Assembly (NCBI GenBank): GCA_002633005.1
Contig: NMRA01000098.1
Coordinates: 281,330 to 345,329, forward strand
Direction of reading: 5' to 3'
DNA: 64,000 nucleotides
DNA from: Phoronis australis
Lineage: Eukaryota; Animalia; Phoronida
Shown here: positions 51,466 to 62,517 of the stretch, in pieces
Layout of the letters: every line of letters starts with the position of its first letter
Position numbering within the stretch: the stretch's first letter is position 1
The notes under the pieces: model-generated
Seen by the model: the letters and a program-made list of their open reading frames with translations, nothing else
Told to the model about the DNA's origin: nothing
The model's database searches: none
Translations under genes and position numbers: made by a program

Positions 51466-54400
51466 TATATTCATCTCATTGGTCATACCCACTAAATAAC
51501 AATGGCGTACTAAAATCGCCAGGTTTTAGTCTCACCAAATGTAGCTCAGCAGCAATACCACAGGCACCGACACCGACAGCTGGAGAAGAAAATGGTCCCT
51601 TATGAAGTAAGCAATGCCACATAGACTCATGAAACCGGAGGCGAACCAGCATTGGAAAAGAATACCCAGGTACATCCGATATTTAACGCCAACAATTTCC
51701 ATTACTGAAACAACAAATATTTCAACGGCCACTCAATTCGAACACCAAAGTCATTTTGTGAAAAGTTAGCGGTATAGAAGCAATCAAATAAAAATCGTGG
51801 GTGATAAAAAATATGTGTGATAGAAAACATGTGAAGAGTAAGATTATGTTGTCACAGCTATGAAAGCCAAATAGGGTCGCCGACTTGAATAGATGAAGTA
51901 TAATTTGTGAATGTCGTTGTTAAGGATTTTCATGATAAAACAACTTTCCAAATTCTTGCGTTGTACAAAATCTCTTTGGTGCCATTCTCTCCTCTGCCAT
52001 AAGATGCATCAAAATACATATAGTGTTTTTTCATTTCTATAAACGACAAGTATTTCTATTATGTATTCATTTTGCTTCTCACTCTAATTAGAACCGGGTA
52101 GGTATCGCATTTCTTGCAAAATGCACACAGTGTCACCACGTGAACTGCATGGCAGACTATATACCTACGTTATTTGCTGCCACAGCGGCTGGCACATGTC
52201 GCTTTTGTTTATTAGAACGATATTTTTTCACATTTTAATTATTGAAAAGCAATATTTCGTAAATCTAATGAGAATATACCTTCAGTATTTTAAATTTACA
52301 GTTTTAATGTCATTTCATTTGGACATAGGTAGATTGATACATTTAAAGCTCAAAATGTGCACGTAAAACTTAGATGAGTCAACCCGAAACTAGAGTACTT
52401 AGCGATAACGAAGGCCACCATCCAAACTAGAGTAGTTACTGATGACGAAGGTCACTGTCCAAACTAGAGTACTTACCGATGAAGAAGATCACTGTTCAAA
52501 CTAGAGTACTTGCCGATGACGAAGGTCAACGTCCATACTAGAGTACTTACCGATGACGAAGGCCACTGTCCATTTTCCTGCAGCTGCATTACCAACGAGA
52601 AATCGGAGAACCACAAATGGTATGTAGTGCCCATATTGTGACGTCACCGCTGCAGACAGGGATGCGAGAATCTCCAAGACTACTGCCGCTAAAATAGTCT
52701 TTTTCCGACCAATTCTAGAACAGTAACAATAGAATCAAATCCGTGTAGGACATTGTTTCATAACAATAGAAATATGTTAGTTCTTCGTTCCACGTAAGTG
52801 TAGCATGGCTTAAAAGCGGCTTTCTAGACTACTCCTAATCTAGGATATAAAGTTACGTGTGTAGACTGCGTACGAGAACTTTGGGGGTGATGTATGAATG
52901 TATTTTGGCTGCCGCCATACATGGTTGGCGCAGTGTGACATAATGCAGACTTATGTCAGACATAAATCATAATTACGTTAGACACATATTGGAAATATAT
53001 TTGATATAAATGGGAATAACGTCTGACATAACTCTGAATCATGTCAGACATAAATCCAATTATGTATGACATAAATCAGAATTATGTCAGACATAAACAA
53101 TAATGTCTGATATGAATTAATTCATGTCTGACAAAATTTTCGAATAATATCGTACATAATTCGTTAATGCCAACCATAATCCTTATGTCAGATATAAAGA
53201 GTAATATCCACCATTATTCTGACATAAATACTATTTATGTCTGGCATAAGTCAACCAATGAGAATTATGGTTGACATTAATGAATTATGTACGATACTAT
53301 TTGAGAATAGTGTCAAACATAAATAATTGTGTCTGACATAATTCGGATTTATGTCGCGCTGCGCCAACTACAGCCATATGCGCTTGGCTAACTAATACCA
53401 TAGTTTTGGTATCTTTTCATGTCGTATCAAGATTAGATGACTACAAACAATGATCTGGCCACGCCCTCAAAAGCGTACATGTTAAGATTATCAGTGAATT
53501 CAAAATAAAAAAACTTGAAATTACATATCTGATGTTAACAAAGAACTCTATGAAAATTCCTCCAGTTCTGTGAAGTTAACCGACTAAGAACGAGATTTCT
53601 AAGTGAGGACTTTGTAGTCTCCAGGTCTTCTTCGATGTAGATTACACTTACATGTCTGATATGGTGCCAAATGTGACGGCACCTGTCAAAAATCCTGTCA
53701 TGTAGATGGACGATGCAAGGGTCACTAGATATTCATTGTCACAAACTAGATCCCACTGAAAGACAATGCAATAATGTTATTACAAATCTGCTCGTCCACA
53801 GTCTCTTAAAGAAGGCACCACCAACAATTCTAGGCCACAGCTGAAAATTAAAGAACAAAAAACACGCAATTTCTAGTTTGTACGCGAATACTTTCCTCCA
53901 AAAAGTGTGGTTGGGCCCTCACGACGTCCTTGGTCTGCAGTGCAATGTGTCACGAGTCAGTGGTTCGTTCCAGTCGCCCGGTAGTATACCCGTCAAAGGA
54001 ATTCCAGGCGATAAGTAGCAGCCATTTCAATTCAAATAAAGGGTGAGACGTTACTTTCGAAAAGCAAATACTTCTAGCTGTGAAGAGAGCTTGTGCTTTA
54101 GCACCAGATCACAGAAACACTCAATATTGCTGGCTTGTAACCTGAGTGCCAAATCGAGGCCATAAACTACTTTAGATTTAACTTATCGAGCTCTGTCGCC
54201 GAAGCCTACCGACTTTTAAAAGCCTAAACCGAATGACGAGTTCTAAACAATAAACATGTATAGTTCAGTGCAGTGATCGCTATTTTGGTTGAGAACACAC
54301 CGATAAGACACGTGGTATTATACACTACTGTACTGTTGTCAAATTGTTTACCATCCTTTCAAATCAATTATGAGAGATTCACTACCGTTCGCTAGAGAAA

Positions 54401-57400
54401 ACAATAATCTTTTACAGTAAATAGGAATCATCTGCCATTTGGCGGCCATTTTGTTCGGCGCCATTTTGAAAAATCAACTTCCACTTCTCCGATTTCGGTG
54501 GACTTTTCTATCAAATTAAGGGGTGTAGGGACGTACTATTTTTGCAAAAAAGTCTCCAAGTTATCCGTAGAATGTCTAGACTAAAACTCAAGTAAACTAG
54601 TTACTGTGGTTTGTTGTTGGAGAAAACTACAAGCTCGTTTGCAGACGGGGAAGAAAGAAGGACAATGTTTATGCCATTTTTTGCGATAAGAAAAGATTCA
54701 TTAGGTCACGTGATGTGATCAAGAAGATGGCGGATTGAACGGGATGAACTACTTGCAAGAAAAGATGAACAGATACAGGTTGTCTCAAAATATATGCAAC
54801 TCATGTCCCCGCCGATAATTCTGCAAATATTGATAGGTTTGCTCGTAGCCTACTAACAACTACTCATGAGTCAAAATGCCTAGAATGTAGAAGATGAAAG
54901 TATTTTTGTGGTTAATAACTTTGACAAGTATTCTCAGAAAAGCCATGTTTATTTTGAGGTACAGGACAGTGACTGCAAGATGTCATGACGCTGCGCATAT
55001 GACGAGAGAAGACAATGTGTCAAGGTGATTGACAACATGGCAGAGCTTCCCGTTTGTCTGCAGTGAAATTATAGTGCTAGTGCTCTCGTGAATGCATCGC
55101 TTGAGATAAATCCTTAATGTTATATTTTGTAATTGTTATGTTGTTAGTTTCATGAAAATATCATCCTTCGAGGATATTTTTGTTTGAGTAAAAATTGTTG
55201 TTACGATAATAGGTCGCGTCTATATTGTGATGCATTGTATAAAACAAACACCGCAAAATGAGATATGAGAACCGACACGTATTTATGAAGACTTCTTCTA
55301 CGTTATCAAGATATCGGTCGTGAATAAGTGGAACTTATTGTATCACACAAAGGTGCGATACTTTGGACGACAAAGAGGTTACACGCTAGAGTAAGATATT
55401 TTAATACTGCAATCGAGAAAAGGCTATGCCAAAATAATTTCAGGAGTTGTTTGTTCGGTACGTCCTGCCAACCAAACTTTACACAAGACCAACGTGACTT
55501 CTCTTACAACCAACCCACTGGAGGGCAATGTGAACGTGGATGTTTAGTGAGCCATAGCCTTTCATCTAGAAATCTTATAATCGATCCTACCGACTACATT
55601 ATCCATAATATTAATGTTAACTCCAACGCAGACAATCATTGGCTCAAGTACGCAAACTTGCGATTGGTTAATTTGGGAGAAACCGGAAATGTTGAAAATA
55701 AACTTTTCAAAATTCGCGCACTGAGGCCGCGGAACTCGAGTATACCATCCTTACTCAGGTCTTTGGGAACCCATTCGTTAAGCCGCGTCACGTAGACCCG
55801 AGAAACCCCAATTCATATCAACAGGAGCAAGTGATTGCACAACCTTTTCTTGCATGTTCCCCACGTTTACGGAACGCAGCCCTGATGTCGTTCCGTTGAC
55901 TTTTGCAGCGCCACCAGATCTGATCACATGAGACGGCTACGAAAGAACGTACAACGATCGCAATTTCCCTAAGGAGAAATGTATCCTGCCTCGTAAATAA
56001 GACGTCCTAAAAACGGGCAGCGCGTTTGGCAATATTGGATTATATTTTAATGTTATATTTAATAGTCAAACACGCTGGCCTTTGATTTTTCCAAGACTTT
56101 AACTTTTAGATGACATACTAAAATTATAGACTAAATCATATTGGATATCTGAAAGCCATTGGTGTAGCATTTCATTTTGCGAATTAAGTAGTCAAATATG
56201 ACTTAATTAACCAAGTGAAATTCTTGATGGACGACCCGATAAATGAATAAGCGTTAGTTGTGAAAGTGATTTAGTGATTTCTGGGTATAATTTTTCATGG
56301 ATTTTAATTTACGAATTGGAAATCGATTTTGAGGATTTGATGAATATACGTATGAATTGTGCACATGTTTATAAATCTAATGACAGTTTTGAGTTTGTGC
56401 AGTTGCGACATTTTGTTGAGTCTGCAAATTGTCGCATAAATTTTTTGACAACTTGTGCTTCGAAGAACTGTACAAAAGAAAGATACGACAGCTTGTGCTT
56501 GTGCTTCGAAGGTCTACAAAGGCGTGATGATTGCGACATTTTGTCACGTTGTGACAGTTTGAGGTCGTACAACGCAATAAAGACCTTTTACGATGAATTA
56601 ACAACCCGATACTTCAGACTGTATGAGTAAATCCAATACCTGTCTTACGACAAGATACAATACGACAATCGTTTGCATTGCATCATATTTTTTAGAGTCA
56701 ACGTCTATTTCCGCCATATTCAACATAGTTTCCCCCAATCTCATCATCCTGTTAACCTTGATACTCCCATCTTTCGTCACAGTAATACACTTTACTGTCG
56801 ATACCGTTATATTGCATACGATGCCATTCCCTAAATCTCGTGGCTCACAAGACTAAAAGCGATCTTGTCCTTTATTAGAAGGTTCACCGTTACCGTTTTT
56901 ACGGATCGTGATAGACATATCATCATTTTATCACTTGGTGTATAAAGGAATTATACTTTGAGTTTTTTTTTTTGAAATTTCAAGGCCGAGAGATATCACA
57001 CGAATTATTCATCTGGTCATGGAATGTGTGTGGTGTATTGAATTGCCAAGGTTTCCTCACGTGAGAATGTTTATTTAACCTGTTTCTTCATGATATCATT
57101 AGATAATGTTGACTAAAATTCTTATCTCGAGTCCATTTATTTGGGGGAAATCTCAGGTTTACTAAAAAGCGCCGAGCAAATTCACATCATTCGTCTCAGC
57201 AGTGTTGAACTGACAAAAATTTTTGACACTGAGCACTGAGATTTCTTCAGAGAACCTGATAAAATATCTTAGCGTTGTCTGCACTTAGAAGGGATTTGAA
57301 AGAGGACTTGTTAATCAGAGTTGATTATTTATAGTTCATCTTTCTAATTATGGGCCTGGTATGCATAGGATAGAGTTGTTTTGTTACGCTAAATTGGATA

Positions 57401-58538
57401 GCAACATTCTGGCTGGCGACATTTATTGAAATCACGAGACCGTACATGATTCACTAAAGTAAAGTCACCTTCAATCAAGAGCTATCTGAGAATTATATTT
57501 CTGGCGTAAGATGTCCCGGCCATTTATTTAGATGACGGCAATCGCCTGGGTAATTTGGACTTAACATTTAAACAGCTGTTCACTAGGTTATCTTCTAAAG
57601 TAAACATGGTCAACACTGTTCAACATGTCAAGTGCAGTAAGCAAAATAAAAAAAACACTTTTCAGGATTTCAGGTTCGTCAGATGAGGATGTCACCTTGA
57701 ATTTGATCTTTCGACACCATAATTACAATGGCCCAAACGTCGGCTATAGTGGCACAACCAATAGCCTCTCCCCGAAAATACTACAACGCTGTGTAAAAGT
57801 CCTTGGGACGAGAGCCCCACAGTTGCACATTGCCACTGTGCTTATCATTAAAATTAGTTTGACATGTTGTGGCGAACGAAGGGCACAGTCGCTGGGGAAG
57901 TTTTTATCATGTGCGCGCAATACATATGTAAAAACAATGAGATGCAATTTGGAGCTCCATAAGTCCCCACCACCTGATGTAACTGTATCTCAATACTCCA
58001 AATCTTATTTTTACCAGCAAAAAACAGGCAATTCAATATGTTATTCAGCTCTATTGGTGATGACATTGGTTCTACTACGAGCAAATGATGACAAAATACT
58101 ACTGCTGACGGTTGCTCTTTTCAAGATTCACAGATGTGTGCAGTCCGTTTGTTTACCTTGTCTTACCTTACTTATTATAGTAGTGGCGAAACCGCTCACG
58201 TTATATTCCCAATGATCGCATTTTGTGAGCAACGATGTTTCATTCATGAGTGCAGGATACGCCGCTTCGGTAAGCTGACTGCCTTCAACAACAAACGCGA
58301 CCTCTGTGTAATTCACGTTATAATGCATGCATTGCCTCTCAAACGCGTCTTCGCTGTTGACTGTCGTCATCCAGTTGCCGCCGGAACACCAATGTTCTTG
58401 CTGTCCGCCAATGAAAATCATTAGCAAATTTTGCCATCCCGTGGGAAGTCCAGTTAAACCAAGTATGGTGAACAGGAAAAAATTATATTTTCCCACTTCG
58501 CCAACCAAAGTCAACAATTGATCGAAATGGGACATCAT
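39204..58538 (-). CDS. SLC22: SLC22-family transporter, copy B; 10 coding exons, 562 aa from MMSHFD (frame open upstream to an ATG at 58715)
   Basis: Exons 58538-58167, 53755-53652, 52714-52551, 51704-51536, 44949-44820, 43919-43822, 42013-41793, 40162-39981, 39644-39505 and 39312-39204. Exon 2-10 lengths are identical to copy A; no stops seen. Confidence 0.92.
39505..39644 (-). CDS. SLC22: SLC22 copy B exon 9
   Basis: [22 protein letters not shown]; 140 nt. Confidence 0.92.
39981..40162 (-). CDS. SLC22: SLC22 copy B exon 8
   Basis: [10 protein letters not shown]...; 182 nt. Confidence 0.93.
41501..41735 (+). pseudogene. Degenerate THAP zinc-finger in intron 7 of copy B
   Basis: MPKKYYCCAVGCNS...LKFFAFPT; the 5' part is missing from copy A. 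Confidence 0.6.
41793..42013 (-). CDS. SLC22: SLC22 copy B exon 7
   Basis: [11 protein letters not shown]...ASMEIPA...FGRR; 221 nt. Confidence 0.92.
43822..43919 (-). CDS. SLC22: SLC22 copy B exon 6
   Basis: [25 protein letters not shown]...; 98 nt. Confidence 0.9.
44820..44949 (-). CDS. SLC22: SLC22 copy B exon 5
   Basis: LLPESPRWL...; 130 nt. Confidence 0.92.
45565..51486. mobile_element. ~5.9-kb insertion specific to copy B, in intron 4, flanked by (TA)n microsatellites
   Basis: Absent from copy A (site at ~15012); (TA)n at 45571-45609 and 51405-51462; GGGGTATATA subterminal repeats at ~51080-51335. Confidence 0.65.
48658..48802. mobile_element. MITE with CATGGGCGGCGCA TIRs and 5-bp TSD TGTAA
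   Basis: TIRs and TSD are visible; same family as 34310-34454. Confidence 0.85.
51536..51704 (-). CDS. SLC22: SLC22 copy B exon 4
   Basis: MEIVGVKYR...SYIW; 169 nt. Confidence 0.92.
52387..52571. repeat. 5 x 37-bp tandem repeat spanning the exon 3/intron 3 donor of copy B
   Basis: AAACTAGAGTACTTACCGATGACGAAGGTCACTGTCC units start at 52387, 52424, 52461, 52498 and 52535. Confidence 0.92.
52551..52714 (-). CDS. SLC22: SLC22 copy B exon 3
   Basis: IGRKKTILAAVV...; 164 nt. Confidence 0.92.
53652..53755 (-). CDS. SLC22: SLC22 copy B exon 2
   Basis: [10 protein letters not shown]...; 104 nt; near-identical to copy A. Confidence 0.92.
58167..58538 (-). CDS. SLC22: SLC22 copy B exon 1
   Basis: MMSHFDQLLTLVGEVGKY...HWC...KCDHWEYN..TIISK, followed by a GTAAGA donor; start codon uncertain. 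Confidence 0.87.
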
Positions 58539-59640
58539 TAAGGCGCAATCGACGAGACTGACAACACTCAAAAACCGCTGACGATTGTAGTCTCGGGGTC
58601 TTGTCATTCTATTTTGGTATAACCCACTCGACCTTATCATAGTAGGCCCATTTTTTAGTTTACTGACCCTGTTTTTGCGGTGTTCGGACGGTGTCATATT
58701 TAAACACAGATACATTGTTGACAGTGCTCAGGAAGTCCACTAAGAGTAGGCATCACTTAAAGTTGCTATGGACCAGCCTCCAACGAAAAAATGATTTTGT
58801 ACTTCTTAAGAAGGCCAATCGGACATCTGATGAGAACGGAGATCAGAAGTTTAAAGCGATTAGTTCAGTGACAAGTTAGGGCTTCTTGCAGCTTGCGACT
58901 TTAGCAACAGTCTGGTCACAACCACGGGCGATCGGTCGTGGATGAACAGAGCCTAACCTAAACTTACATCATAGCAGGAAGAGATAACTCCTGGTTATCT
59001 CTGGTTATCTCTTCCTGATCATAGGAATGTTGACTTCTCACGGTAGGTCAGCCTTCTGATTTAGGGACTGACGATAGGAAGACAGGTGAAGGCGTCATGT
59101 ACGTACATTCTTTCTCACCCCAACCTCTCGACGGGTGAATGGTTTTGGGACGTAGAATAGGTCCGTGTGCAAACACCAGCGCGCATGATCTGACGTTCGT
59201 CATGAAGAAGTGATCTGCGAATGAGCTAAGAGATATAAAGAATCATTTTTTTGTATTTTATTTGACGTTTTGTTATCACGAGTGAGTCATAAAACTTGTG
59301 TGTAATGCATCAATTTCTGACTGTCCGAACTCGGAATATTCCCTTGTGACAAATGGAATGATCGAGTCTATGTTTGTTCATTGATCAACGAGCAGCCAGA
59401 ATCGTCATGATTCACAGTGCTATTGCTCGAAACACTGACAAAGAAGATAATCAGATAACAGGCGACCGATAACTTGAGAATTTTTTTGGCGACGGATCTG
59501 AGATATCCGAGCAGCCTTCAGATCGGTCGGCATGTGGACACTGTAAAACTGTAAGTGTTAATTAAAACTACTCATAATACTAAAACTTGCCTCAACCTGT
59601 TCGTTGCTCAGATTAGATGCGATTTTCTGGCTTGGGAAGA

Positions 59641-59715
59641 AGCGGCAGTTCGCACATGCGTCGGGCATGGCTTCAAGCGGCAGTTCGCACATGCGCCGAG
59701 CACGGCTTCAAGCGG
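59641..59715 (+). repeat. Two-copy 35-bp tandem repeat
   Basis: AGCGGCAGTTCGCACATGCG.CG.GCA.GGCTTCA occurs twice. Confidence 0.8.
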
Positions 59716-62262
59716 AAACGGACCGTGAGTTCTTCACAAGCCCAGGGACCCGTTTCATGAAACTATTTATTAGTCTTAACTTAAAAATAACAGTGTTGTC
59801 ATTCCTTCAAATGTCACGTTGCGCTTGTTGAACAATGAGTTGGCGCCATTCCAACAATCAAATTTGAGACTTAAACTTTCTTGCTAAGTAACCAGTTTCG
59901 TAATAGTACGTGTTTTAAATCAGAGGGCGCGTTCACAATGCCGAGGGTAAGACTTTTCATAAGTAAAAACTAGTAAAAGATCCCACGAAGTTCCACTTGC
60001 GTAATTCACTATGCAGGGCACTCTCGAGGACAAAAGGGTGATGCATTCAGGAAACGCATCTTAGAAGGGGAGGGGTTCTCTCAGCAAATTACCTACGAGA
60101 AAATATCCTTTGAATCTTTTTATCTCAATTATATCAATTCCCTGTGAATTGTTTTATAACACACAACAGCGCTTATTGTTTCTTGCTGGCTATCAAAGAA
60201 ATAAACAGCAGTGTCGTGTACGCAACAAAGTCTACTTACAAACAAGATGGACTGCTGCCACAAATGTGTGGGAGCAGATTGGTCCGCCCAAGAGCAAAAA
60301 AAAAATGTTTCCGCGGGACGGGAAAAGTAGTGCGAGGCGTAGGAATATGCATCCATTAGAGGGAAATAGCGTAGGTGAGAGAATAACTTTGAACTGGGAC
60401 AGAACCGAATGAAGCGCGGGCAGGGAAATCTCGGTGCTTTGTACAAATAATCGAGAAGAAATTTAGCAGGAAATTCAGGTAAAGACGTACCCTTCAGACT
60501 TTTCGAATTTGTCAAAAAAAATCTCTTGTCGCCACGTACCTTTCACTCGATTTCTATAATTTGGAGGGTTTTGTTAGTCTAAGCACACTATCTCTCTCAG
60601 TTCATAGTAATTCCATGTGAATAGTGGGTTTTGGTTATTCTTGCTCGTTTTTGAGTAGCTGGCTGCACAAAGTTAGTCGTAAGCATGCAATGGGCATTTC
60701 ACTTTGGAATCAAGATATTGTTAAATTTGAGCAAGGTTTTTAAAGTCTGGGGCCCAATAAACTTTTCTTATTTCCAGGTTTTGCACACCCAGTGAAACAG
60801 TGAGATGGACCGTAATGACCTGCTTTTTCAAATCCAAACCAGCTTAAAGACCTGGTTGCAAAATGCCCATGTGGTTCCAGAATCTGAATATACTTACTTC
60901 ACAAAATCTTATTTTCGACACCCTGTCTTTATATTCTTTTCGCCTTTCTTGCCACAAGCGATTTTTTAACCGTATTTGACCCTTCTCTGTGAGCGTATAA
61001 TAACCGGCTTTTATCGGTTATTTCCGTACCCATATTTCCGGCTCATCAGTTCAGGAACTTGTCCTGAACGCCGCCATTTTTCCTTGTAATTGAATATGCT
61101 ATCGCTTGCTCGAAAAGTATTCATTATTTTGTTTTGTTTTATTAGTAATATCTCGTGATTAGTTTGCATATGTAGTGTATTTATAGTTTTTAGTTAGTGG
61201 TCGTTGAATTTTTTGGAATGTTACGCGTACTTATTATGTTAAAATAGCATTGGTGTTTAGTTCCTTACGTAGGGAACCCAGGAACCAATATGGGTCGAAC
61301 CAATTTTTTTTCGTTTTGATTTTTTTTTCTCGTTTTGAAAAAGTACTTTGCTATCATCGGAAAGTAAGTGCATTCTACTCAGAAAAAAAATCGAAAAAGT
61401 ATCAAAATAGAGGCAAGCAGTGTAAACATATTGCAATTTTTGTGGCGAAATTTGGGTCACTTTGTTTGGATCGCGTTGGCCATATTGGAGGACAGTGGGA
61501 TAAGTTACGAGTTTAAAACTTTGTGTAAATTGTTTTCGCCAACAAATTACAGTGAAATTTAGTTAGACATATCTTTACTTACTATTCTGCACGATTCAAC
61601 AGTGTTCAACAAATTTCAGCCTCGCAGTTGTTACTCATTAAGTGATAAATGTACTCACAATTCCCGTTGGACTCATTTCTGGCGGCACCGACAACAAAGC
61701 GACTTTTGCTGAACTGAAAGGCATGTTCAATCGGCTACTTTGTAATTTGTGAAGATTTAACGTTGATATATTTTGACAAACGTTGCTACAAAGAAGGACC
61801 TTTGTTCAATTTTCGTGTTTTTTGTGCAAATATATAAGATATATTCGAATTATTTTATTGTGAATTTCCCATTCAGGTGATCTTACACTAATCTAAAAAA
61901 ATAGTTGAAATAATTTTGAAATGTTTTTTGTTTGACTGTCAACTGCTGTTCAAGACTTGATTCGGTGTCACAAAATGATTCATATTTTTTTCTAAATTTT
62001 AAGTCTCAATTGCTTTCAAGTCATGTTTTTGTAACTTATTGTTTCTTAATTCAGGTTATCAAGTCAACAATATGAATAATCTTAATTTGGGAAATAAGCT
62101 ATGTTGGATTGTGAAGCTTCAAGCCTCCAATTCTTGTTCTTTGCAACTTCATATTTTTTTTAATCATGCTTGTCAAATTCTGGTGTAAGGAAACACTATT
62201 CGGTCACCATGGTAATAGTTACATTTAAGTCCACTTTCATAACATGGAAACTTTTGCTGTTG

Positions 62263-62517
62263 CATGCGCGCACCCAGGGGGGGGGGGGGCTCCCCCCCCT
62301 AACAAGCTCAGGGGGGAAAACGCGAAGTGGGCAAAAAGGTCAGCCCCCGAGAGACAAAAAGCCCGAGAAAATGGGACAAAAGTCCACTAAAGAAGCGCAA
62401 ACGCGCAATTTACAGTGGTGCTCCCGTTTTTTTTAGTCCGCCCACTCTTTTTTTAGCAAAAACCCCACATCGCCGGGAATTCGAGCCCCCCCATATTGAA
62501 GGCTGGGTGCGTGCATG
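62263..62517. mobile_element. MITE with CATGCGCGCACCCAG TIRs and 5-bp TSD TGTTG
   Basis: TIRs and TSD are directly visible. Confidence 0.85.

Larger units (their letters stand above)
37870..54135 (+). repeat. Segmental (tandem) duplication of ~5800-18217
   Basis: Colinear high similarity of 3' flank, introns and exons 2-10 with copy A, apart from copy-specific indels. Confidence 0.93.

Noticed and set aside
51305-51605. YIYIYI ORFs
   Set aside because: Translation of a (TA)n microsatellite.
52387-52571. 37-bp repeats of CRISPR-repeat length
   Set aside because: The units are directly adjacent with no spacers and derive from the exon 3 splice junction.
37870-54135. Copy B as an uncollapsed allelic haplotype of copy A
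   Set aside because: Substantial intron divergence, many copy-specific kb-scale indels and a strongly diverged exon 1 with an unrelated promoter favour true paralogy. Long reads are needed to exclude it fully.
57625-58521. + strand ORFs of up to 196 aa
   Set aside because: No recognisable domain; partly antisense to SLC22 exon 1.
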